Assembly (NCBI GenBank): GCA_963754945.1
Contig: CAVWIG010000050.1
Location: forward strand, 1-27,963
Source of the DNA: Methanotrichaceae archaeon
Lineage (GTDB): Archaea; Halobacteriota; Methanosarcinia; Methanotrichales; Methanotrichaceae
Direction of reading: 5' to 3'
Length of the DNA stretch: 27,963 nucleotides
The position numbers and the translations under genes are program-made. Positions 1 through 8,752 of the stretch are shown piece after piece (position 1 is the first letter of the stretch; each line of letters opens with the position of its first letter). The notes below the pieces were generated by a model, which had not been told where the DNA came from, did not search any database, and saw nothing but the letters and a program-made list of their open reading frames with translations.

Positions 1-1681
1 AGTAGTGGTCTCCGAAGAGGAATACGTTACCTCCTGAAGAGGAGTAAAATCCACACTTGGTGAAGGGCTCTCTGCTGTTTGAGTTCCCCAGACGGTGTCG
101 TGATTGTCTTTCCAGTAATAGTTGCTTCCGGATTCAACACTGGTGACCTCTCCAGTATTTGGATCTCTCAAATCCGTTGTTCCTAGAATGGTGTTGGACC
201 ACTTGTTGGATAGATCATCCATTGTCTTCTCCCGGTTGTTGTAGGTCTCAGTTATAATGTTGCTGACGTCTGAGCTAGCATCGATGCTGCTTCCGGAATA
301 GGGCGAGGAATAAGCAGGACTGATGGGATATTGAACAGGATTAATCGAGCCCGTGTGTTGGCCTTGGCCGGAAAAAACACCAGGATATTGGCCTTGGTTG
401 CTTACCATGCTTGGATATTGGCCTTGGGATGCCGTACCTGGATACACGCTTTGATTGGCCATGGTGTTGGATATTGACCCTGAATAATTCTGAGCCTTCT
501 GGTTCTGTGTCCACTCGCTGTTGTACTGGAAGGAGCTTACCGCTCTTTCCAAGACAGAACGAAGCCAACAGCTCTCTAGAGTCTGGAGCTATGTAGCCTA
601 TCAATTTCGATACCTGCCAGAGATAGCTGCCTGATCCGAGATCTCTACTCGCAGTTACCGCCAAGCAGTATCCTTGCCAACGCTCTCCGTTAACCTCTAT
701 GGTGAACGTGGTCTCTCCAGCGTTGGCCTCCAAAGGCAGACCAGACTGTCTATAAACCTCGTTGATGGCTTGAGAAAGATCCTGTCGATCCTGATCGCCA
801 TTGTAGATGACTCCGGGTATGTCCTTCAGGACGAAATTCGCGTATGCTTTTGCAAACTCTTTGCCCGTCATGTATTGTTTTGCTTTGAGGTATTGATTGT
901 ACTCTGGATAGTATTCTGTGCCGTCTACCAGTCCCAGACTGTCTGGCTTTCCGCTCATTGAGATGTACAGGGGTATTCTCGTATCTCCATAAATTACGCC
1001 CACCTTGTTATCCGGTGAGTCAATCTCCACGCCTAGCCTCAAGTCTCCAGGATTAGGCTCTAAGAGTCCGCCTGTTATGTTCCAGCCCGAAGGCACATCT
1101 AAGCTAAAGGCATCTTTCTCAGGGTCTTTCCAGACAATATACTGAACATTTTGGCTCTGTGAGGTTTCAGGCTTGATAAAAGAAAAGCTTTTTAAAATTC
1201 GTATTAATGTAGTGCTTGTGTCGTTAAACTTCAAAGTAGGAGCAGCGATTGCAAAAAGCATCCCAGAACGATTATCGAGCACGCATAGAACGGCAGCCGA
1301 ACCCAGGACTCCGCCATCTGAATAGTTCATGGCCATTACGACCTCTTCAGGCCTTTCGAGAAGCCTCTGGAAGCCTTGGATCCTTGCTTCAGGAAATTGT
1401 GAGGCGAACATCGATGGCGTTTTGTTTAAATAATTCATGGCCGTGATCTGTTGGTCTGTAATGAATGGATAGATTATTACAAAAGCGGACCCATTTGGAC
1501 TCTTTATCACTATAAACTCTTTTCCTGGGGTTTCAACCGACCATCCGTTTGGATGAGAAACCTGAAACCCAAGAGGATCTTTGTGAACGGTCCAGTCCCC
1601 TTCACAAAAAGCCAAGTTAGCCACGATGAATAAGATAATCGTAGATATCAACGAATAGACAAATATCTTAGACGGTCTCAT
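1..1681 (-). pseudogene. Secreted protein with probable tandem PsbP/DcrB-like domains, frameshifted near 545-550; true C-terminus runs off the window edge
   Basis: Signal peptide and two similar domain starts (WTVHKDPLGFQVSHPNGW; WKDPEKDAFSLDVPSGW). The listed ORF ends in junk sequence, while another frame is open 588->1 (RAVSSFQYNSEW...DPNTGEVTSVESGSNYYW). Could be a sequencing error. Confidence 0.7.
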
Positions 1682-1804
1682 GATACTCCCTGAGATAAAT
1701 ATCTAATGTATCTAATATCTACCATATTTTGCAATTGTGACCCGTCAGCGTTAAATCGTGCATAGATTGCTAAAAGGACTAACAGAGCCCTAACTGAAAA
1801 AGAT

Positions 1805-2923
1805 TTACTTATTTCCATCGCGGACAACACCCCACTCATCTTTTTTCGGACGTCCCCGTTTCTTTTCTACTTTTACCATAACCGGCATGACCTGCACATT
1901 CTTGAGCAGGTGATGCGAGTGCGCTGATTGCCATAATCTCAAATCATTATCGGCGTCCGATACGCAGGCAAATTTCTTTCTCATTAGCTTTTTGAGATCT
2001 TTTTCGGCATCAGTCGTTTCGTTTTCAATTTTTTTCTCGAACGTTTTTTGGTTCCTCTTTTCCATTTCTTAGGACCAAACAACAACCGCACGCTGAGGAA
2101 TTCCTGCATAATTAAGAGCGGTTGTAAAAAAAGCGTATCTTGGATCGCTGCCAGGTATCATATTTAAGTTGGAGTTGAGTAGTTTTTGAGCTTCTGATAC
2201 AGTGGCTGGGATATGCGTAATCCATTTTGTATCTGTTCCCAAAAATTTGATATTTTCTTCTGTGTACAAAGCGCTATCCGCGATCCAATAGCTTTCATCG
2301 TCAAAATCAATCGCTTGTTGCGTTTTTTGTATCATTTCCATTATACTTTTCTTATCCGATTTATTTCCCGAGTATGCTTTAGCAAAGAGCGGCAAACCAA
2401 ATTGATTTGTAACCATACCGAGAACGAACCTCTTCAGATCCATTCTACCGTCTTTGGCATGACCAAAAGTAACCTGGATTGAATCAGCGTCTGGCGCATC
2501 ATTTTCATATTTCCCATAGACGCTGAAGTTTGTTGTATCTACATGGATTAGTTGAGTCTCGAAAGAAAATTGTTTCATTATGTGCAAAGAGATCTCATTG
2601 AAGAGCTCAGTGGCACCGTTTTCGTAAATCGCATCAAGTGTCCTGCCAACTACGTCGTCATTGAGGTCGGCTGGATTGATGCCTTCACCAAGTAGCTTTC
2701 CGGTAGGAATTGTCATGAAAAAGTTGGGAAAAAGGTACAGCCGCTGACCAGTAAAACCCAAGCCGTTCAAGATCATAGCTTTGATAATTACTGAATGAAG
2801 AAGATTTCGCGAACCTCTCTTGGGAAGAACTCGATCAATTACGTCAGCGATATTCAATGCATCAAATATGCCAGCAACTATGCCAAGGTGACCTATCAAA
2901 TATGATTGGACATCCATATCCAT
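1805..2923 (-). pseudogene. IS1634-family transposase with in-frame TAA (2071-2069) and 3' truncation
   Basis: Motifs HLGIVAG, HVDTTNFSVYG, GHAKDGRMDLK, IADSALY. The two ORFs are in frame (TCC TAA GAA ATG); similarity ends after RGRPKKDE. Confidence 0.88.
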
Positions 2924-3028
2924 GCTACTTCCCTTCTTGGAAGCAGTAGAAAGTCGTTATTAAATAATCTTTCCCATTTTAATCATAGGCTATTTCTGGA
3001 TTATTTGATGCGAAGCGCGGAATGTGGG
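1835..3028 (-). mobile_element. IS1634-family element, truncated
   Basis: Terminal CCCACATTCCGC at 3028-3017 upstream of an IS1634-type transposase; no matching second end. Confidence 0.8.
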
Positions 3029-3089
3029 GATATTCACCTCCATACGATTTTTGAAGCTATATTATTGTTTTATATAGTTTCTTTGTGGA

Positions 3090-3226
3090 ATGAAAGAAAA
3101 GAGCACCAGACGTTTGCTTTGCGGAATTGAAGTTGCAGAGGAATGCGTGCATAGGGATGGGCTTGGAGGGTAATCCTGAAAGCACACCAAGGTTAGCAAG
3201 AGCCGAGCTTGAATCCTTGGAAGGCT
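3090..3226 (+). pseudogene. Decayed partial paralog of the 3943-4188 gene
   Basis: Aligns by eye with 3943-4077 (shared GCGGAATTGAAGT, TGCATAGGGATGG, CTTGGAGGGTAATCCTGAA, AAGGTTAGCAAGAGCC, GAATCCTTGGAAGGC) with indels. Confidence 0.8.
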
Positions 3227-3306
3227 TGCTCCTTAAAGCCTCCGATCAACTCTATCATGAGGGTTAAATTTATATTCTACGCTGCGATCTAGCAGGCAGG
3301 AGATAA

Positions 3307-3627
3307 ATGAATAATTCGTTTATATATTTCATAGGAATGTTGGCCATTATGACGGCCACATCTTTGATCGTGGTCACATCCCAAGAGTATGCTAATATAA
3401 CAATTAATAATGCCATTCTAAATAATACAGCCTTGAGTAATACAAGCATGAATTTTTCTGCCATGAATAAAACCGTTATTAATACGACCAATGAGACCGC
3501 TTTTCGGATCGGCAATAGGATAGAAGGTAATAAATCGGCTTTCGAAATTGGTTTGCCGGTCAAGCCTGTAAAAGATGCAGGTAAGTTTTGGTATATCATA
3601 CAGGCAACACCTCATGGAACTGTTTGA
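3307..3627 (+). CDS. Small secreted Asn/Thr-rich protein, probable glycoprotein
   Basis: AGGAG RBS, hydrophobic N-terminus, eight N-x-S/T sequons in the mature part. Confidence 0.75.
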   Translation: MNNSFIYFIGMLAIMTATSLIVVTSQEYANITINNAILNNTALSNTSMNFSAMNKTVINTTNETAFRIGNRIEGNKSAFEIGLPVKPVKDAGKFWYIIQATPHGTV

Positions 3628-3942
3628 AATTCGAAATTGCCTTCTGTGCGTCTCCACAAAAAGCCGATAAAGAGGGCCATCCTCTTCTCCTTGTTTTCGG
3701 CCAACAGTTCTGTAACACTTTTCGGATTGGATAAGTAGTGTAATAATAACCCCTAATACCGTATCGTTTTGACCAAAATGACTGAATGCCAGATTAAATC
3801 TGGAAACACCGGTCAAGAAGGCACGAACGGTGAAGCTTGAGGCGATCTGTAGCCACCTGTATCAGCTTTTCTCGTAGCTAAGGCGATGTTCAAGTCCATG
3901 TGATCATTGCAACTAAATACTTTAATAGAGTTTCTTTATGGC

Positions 3943-4188
3943 ATGAAGGAAAAGAGCATCGAATCTTTGATTGCGGAATTGAAGTCACAGAGGAATGCCT
4001 GCATAGGGATGGACTTGGAGGGTAATCCTGAAGCAGAGCAAAGGTTAGCAAGAGCCAAGCTCGAATCCTTGGAAGGCGAGCTTCTGTACACAGTTGCTAT
4101 GCATGTTATTGACCTGGAGAAAGAGATAGCCAGAATGAAGAGCGGTGAACTACCAAATGATAAAGGTGGTTACTTTGTAGGAGAATAG
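3943..4188 (+). CDS. Small helical hypothetical protein (81 aa)
   Basis: ATG at 3943 matches the ATG of the decayed copy at 3090; coiled-coil-like sequence. Confidence 0.7.
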   Translation: MKEKSIESLIAELKSQRNACIGMDLEGNPEAEQRLARAKLESLEGELLYTVAMHVIDLEKEIARMKSGELPNDKGGYFVGE

Positions 4189-4611
4189 CCTAGAAACTCA
4201 ATAACATTTAGGGCTCGGTGACAATGAGATGGCAGCCGTCTTAAAAGAAGAAGAGATAAATTACAGTGAGGCGGAATATGTTATTTCCAATATGAGTATA
4301 TACCAAAAACGCAAATCTGAGGGGAATTCTTCTTCACCACCTTTGATGGTCCTGCTCACACCTACCAGTACATGCAAGAGATCAGTGATTTGCTACAGCT
4401 CGCAGTCAGAAAAAGACACCCATAAGCTTTCAGATAGGTGGAAAAGATCCTTGCCAGGAAATGACCAAGAGCGTGTTCTGTGGACACTTACAGAACATGG
4501 TTGCTCGATGGGCAAGAGGCGTACATGGCTCGCCGGTTGCAGACGAGGCAGATCGTGCTTGATGTAGTCTTGCAGGAGCTTGAGCGTGCCGGAAGGTCAA
4601 GCTAACAGAGA

Positions 4612-4877
4612 TTAAGGGCAAGCTCGTGGTAGGATGAAGGAGAGCCGATGACTATTAATTATCCTAGCCAGCTCTCCTAGCTTCAGCTCATCTCCCTCAA
4701 GCCTGCTCTGGATCATCTCCTCAACATCCGAGGGCCTGGCGTGGAAGATCTCCACTAGGGTCTGCTTGGCCGTCTCCAGCTCCAAGAATAGGGGTTGGCA
4801 GCATTGTCACATCCTTACTGCTTATGTGTCCACATGAACCTGAAGGCTGGCCATTCCTTGACTATCGTGGGGAACAT
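4612..4877 (-). pseudogene. Possible decayed small hypothetical gene
   Basis: MFPTIVKEWPAFRFMWTHKQ*, then in a shifted frame LFLELETAKQTLVEIFHARPSDVEEMIQSRLE; protein-like but interrupted. Confidence 0.35.
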
Positions 4878-4975
4878 ATAATATAATAACAATTTAACTA
4901 AGTTACGTGCAGAAGGAAGAGATTATGTTCGTGCGGCTATAACTTCAGAAAGGTATTTACGAACTAAACGCTCTG

Positions 4976-6434
4976 ATGAATAATATGACGATCCGTAAAA
5001 AGACCCTTTTCATAATCTTCGTCACAACGCTATTTCTGGTTTTGCTTCTTTACGGAATTTCAGAAACCTTCTTTCTTGGCAGTTTCGCAAATCTAGAAGA
5101 TCATATGGTTCTACAAAACGTCGATCGCGCTCAGTTGGCTTTGTCCTCCGACATCGACCAGTTGAACTCAACAGTACAGGACTGGTCTACATGGAACGAG
5201 ACTTATGCTTTCATAATGGATCGAAACCAAAATTATATCTCAGCAAATCTGAATGCTGAATCTTTATCTAATCTCAGGATTAATTTGATTCTGTTCGTCG
5301 ATTCATCCGGACAATTAGTCTTCGGCAGGATGTTGAACCTCAACACAAAGAAGGTGATGCCCGTTCCACAGAACTTCCTGAAAAATCTCTTTAAAAAAGG
5401 GACTCTGGTTTGCCGCAACGAATCGGACATGTTCAAAGGAATTGTCCTCCTTCCGGAAGGTTCTTTGATTATTTCCTCACAGCCTATCTTGACCAGCGAG
5501 TGGAATGGACCCGTTAGGGGGACGCTCATTATGGGTCGCTACCTCGATTCAGAACTGACGCATCTGAGTGAGATGACGCAATTACCTATTGTTAGCCAAA
5601 GAATAAACGATTCAAATATGTCTTCTGACTTCGCTGCTGCACAATCCTCTATTTTAAAAGGCAAACCCGTTTTGGTTAACCCATTATCAGAGAGCTCAAT
5701 TGCTGGATACGCTCTCATAAAGGACATTTACGGAGATCCCTCACTAATTTTGCGAGTTGATTTGCCAAGGGACATCTATCGTCAAGGTCGGTCTGCAGTT
5801 TATTATTTTTCTATATATATTCTATTAATTGGGCTTATCTTTGCAATTGTGATCCTATTTCTATTGGAGAAAACATTTCTGTCCAAAATTGCCAGGCTTA
5901 TCCTCGATGTTCGTAATATCGACTTGAGCGGTGAGGTCTCGAAGCGAATTCCCGTAGCAGGAAAAGACGAGCTGTCGAGGCTATCATGCAACATCAATGA
6001 TATGCTAGATAAGATCGATCAATCCATCACCGAGCGCAAGCGGGCAGAGGAAGCACTGAGGAAAGCCCATGATGAACTAGAAATGCGGGTAAAAGAAAGG
6101 ACTGAGGAGCTGGCGAGGAAGAACATAGAGATGGAGAGGTTCGTCTATACTGTATCACATGACCTGAGAACTCCTTTGATCAGTGTTAGCGGTTTTCTGG
6201 GATTAATCAAGCAAGACGCTGAAAAGGGGGACCTGGATCGGATGCAGGCCGATCTTCGGATAGCAAATGGAGCTATCACGAAAATGGACCAGCTCCTCCT
6301 TGAAACATTGGAACTTAGCCGCATCGGCAGAGCAGTCAACCCACCGGAAGATGTACCATTCGGGGAGATTGTCAAGGATGCTCTCGGACAGACTAGCGAG
6401 AAAATCAGATCCAAGGGGTTCAAGGTATCTGTAG
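4976..6434 (+). pseudogene. CHASE4-HAMP-HisKA sensor histidine kinase, truncated by IS701 (no HATPase_c)
   Basis: TM, CHASE4 motif DWSTWNETYAF, TM, HAMP (GKDELSRL), H-box SHDLRTPL. N/G boxes absent; the ORF reads on into IS sequence to 6544. Confidence 0.9.
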
Positions 6435-6529
6435 TAGGACTTACGCACTTGGCAGAATCTTCTTATATTGCATGGACTATATTAAGACCTACAAATAAAT
6501 GGAATAGGGCTGAACTTGAATCCTTCCAA

Positions 6530-7518
6530 TGCTGTGTCGCATGATTATTATAGTATTATTTCGTTATTCAAGAATTCATAATTTATTTTAACTAATTACT
6601 TATATGCTCCTAAGTATATTATACAAAATGAATGCTCTTTTAATCTCGGCGACCATTCCTTCGGGTGAAGATGCCCGAACCGTCTCACCAAAGATACGCT
6701 TGATCGATGAGAAGAAGCCTTCAACTGCCCACCTTCTACCGTACTGATGCATTTGCTTCCAACCCTTGTAGCCCATTTTTTTGAATTCCAGAACCGCTGT
6801 TGACCTGGCTGATGCATCTTTACCTACTATCGCGTTCTCTCTGATCTTAATCCCTGGACAATCTACACCTTTCGATTTCATAAATTCAAATGCGTCGTTT
6901 GTGTCATATGCGCCATCCATCAACCCCTCCTCAATATTGACGTCTTTCAACAAAGGGCGCAAAACCTCGCTATCCGAGGTGTCTTCTTCTGTAATTTCCA
7001 TAGACAATAATCTCTTTGATTCAACGTCGACTGCCACATGAACTTTAAGCCATCCTCGCCGCTGCTTTCCGTGTTTCTCGCGCATCCAATCCCCTCTATT
7101 TGTTACCTTTATCCCAGTTGAATCAACTGCAACAACAGCGTCGTTCTCTGGTATCTCTATTCCAAGATCTTGCTTAGAGATTCGCTTATGGAGGGTGGTA
7201 TAATCTGCCGCCACCAATCCTGGTTCATAGGTCGAAAGTCGTCCAAAGAATCCTTCAAGTTGACGATATGGCATTCGAAAAAAAGAGTATATTATTGATG
7301 CAAAAGTTATAAAAGTGTTAGGGTATTTGTATGGAGCGCCTGTTTTCTTTCTATTCATTTCTCTTAATTCCCAACTCCAGTTCTTCACACAACTCAAATC
7401 GAGATAGAATTCGCCTCTTCGAACAAGTTGGGCATTATATTCTGGCCAGTCTCTATTATCAACATAGTTCATGATATAATATTTATATTTAAACTATTTA
7501 AGCTTAATCGACACAGCA
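6530..7518 (-). mobile_element. IS5-family element (IS903-like group), apparently complete
   Basis: TIRs TGCTGTGTCG / CGACACAGCA; flanks CCTTCCAA (6522-6529) and CCATCCAA (7519-7526) form a 7/8 target duplication. Confidence 0.9.
6600..7472 (-). CDS. IS5-family DDE transposase
   Basis: DWPEYNAQLVRRG, VDSTG, WLKVH, DGAYD, YGRRWAVEGFFS; uninterrupted 290 aa. Confidence 0.93.
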   Translation of the reverse strand: MNYVDNRDWPEYNAQLVRRGEFYLDLSCVKNWSWELREMNRKKTGAPYKYPNTFITFASIIYSFFRMPYRQLEGFFGRLSTYEPGLVAADYTTLHKRISKQDLGIEIPENDAVVAVDSTGIKVTNRGDWMREKHGKQRRGWLKVHVAVDVESKRLLSMEITEEDTSDSEVLRPLLKDVNIEEGLMDGAYDTNDAFEFMKSKGVDCPGIKIRENAIVGKDASARSTAVLEFKKMGYKGWKQMHQYGRRWAVEGFFSSIKRIFGETVRASSPEGMVAEIKRAFILYNILRSI

Positions 7519-8672
7519 CCATCCAAGTGCGATGATCTTGATTATATTCACTTTCTGATAGCATCAGTAGATGTTTTTACCTGTACCGAAGCCGCAAGGT
7601 GTCAGCCAGTCGGAGAAAATAGTTCATCGCATGATGCATTTACCCGTCTTCTACAAAGACAGCCTCCAGATACGGATACGTTGTGGAATGAAGTAAAGAA
7701 TATTGTTCAGCCTCAAAATGGTTTCTTGGTAATTGACGATACGACGTTGGACAAGCCGTATGCCAAAAATATGAGCCTAGTTTATCATCAATGGAGTGGA
7801 AAACAGCATCGACTGGTGAATGGAATCAATATTTGTACGTTGCTGTGGACAGATGGAAACGCCATAATTCCCGTTGATTTCCGAATCTACGATATAGATG
7901 TTGACGGCAAGACAAAAAATGATCATTTTCGGGATATGCTTGCCAAAGCAAAAGAACGAAGTTTTCAGCCCCGTATTGTTCTCTTCGATAGCTGGTACGC
8001 CAGTGTAGATAATCTCAAAACCATACGGAAGTCTGGATGGCACTGGCTGACCCGATTGAAGAAAAATAGGCTGGTGAATCCAGATAACACAAAAAACATG
8101 CAAATCCAGGAGATAGAGATACCGCTGCAAGGCAGGGATGTGCATTTAAAAGCTTATGGTTTTATAAAAGTATTCAAGATAGTCTCTAATGACGGCGACA
8201 TAGGATACTGGGCAACTGACGTGCTGGAGATGGACGAAGCTAAACGCGAAAAAATTGGTGGATATTCCTGGAAGATTGAGGAATATCACAGGGGAATAAA
8301 GCAATTCTGTGGAGTCGAAAGCTGTCAAGCAAGAAAAAGTCAGTCCCAGAGAGCACACATAATGTTCTCCCTGAGAGCGTTTCTCAGATTAGAAGTAGAA
8401 AGGCTTAGAATGGGAATGAGTTGGTTCGAATCTAAGCGAAGAATTATTCGTGAGGCAATTCGCGAGTATATAAAATATCCTATTTATTCATTGTCGAATG
8501 CTTCAACTGCGTAAGTCCTAAAAAATCAGAAATTCGTCTAAACTTCCTTGGCTTTGACGAAGGCTCCAAAAGGCCGTTTATAACCCACAAAAATTATCAG
8601 TTGACATTGTGAGCTTCGGATTTGATAGAATCTAATCCAAAATAAATAAGAATTAACACAGGATAAATTCAA

Positions 8673-8715
8673 CTGAGCAGGGGGCGGCAGTGGCCTTCTC
8701 GACTGCCGCCCTCAG
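8673..8715. other. GC-rich hairpin downstream of gltX
   Basis: GGGCGGCAGT / ACTGCCGCCC 10-bp stem plus outer CTGAG / CTCAG. Confidence 0.6.
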
Positions 8716-8752
8716 CGCATCCACGTCTGAAACTTCAATCTAACCCGACACT

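Larger units (their letters stand above)
6516..8514 (+). pseudogene. IS701 transposase split at codon ~5
   Basis: TTG AAT CCT TCC AA at 6516 resumes at 7519 as PSKCDDLDYIHFLIA...SHDAFTRLL, in frame with the 7681 ORF (IDDTTLDKPY, FDSWY, WKIEEYHR). Confidence 0.88.
6435..8520 (+). mobile_element. IS701-family element interrupted by IS5
   Basis: 13-bp perfect TIRs TAGGACTTACGCA (6435-6447) and TGCGTAAGTCCTA (8508-8520). Confidence 0.92.

Noticed and set aside
2069-2071. Stop-codon recoding (Pyl/Sec) in the IS1634 transposase
   Set aside because: The codon is TAA and the gene is also truncated; simple nonsense mutation.
1783-4218. TAGGGCTC inverted pair (1785-1792 and 4209-4216) as TIRs of one element
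   Set aside because: Only 8 bp, facing outward, with no target duplication.
8673-8715. Hairpin as a SECIS element
   Set aside because: No in-frame TGA in gltX and no clear archaeal SECIS GAA/A internal loop.
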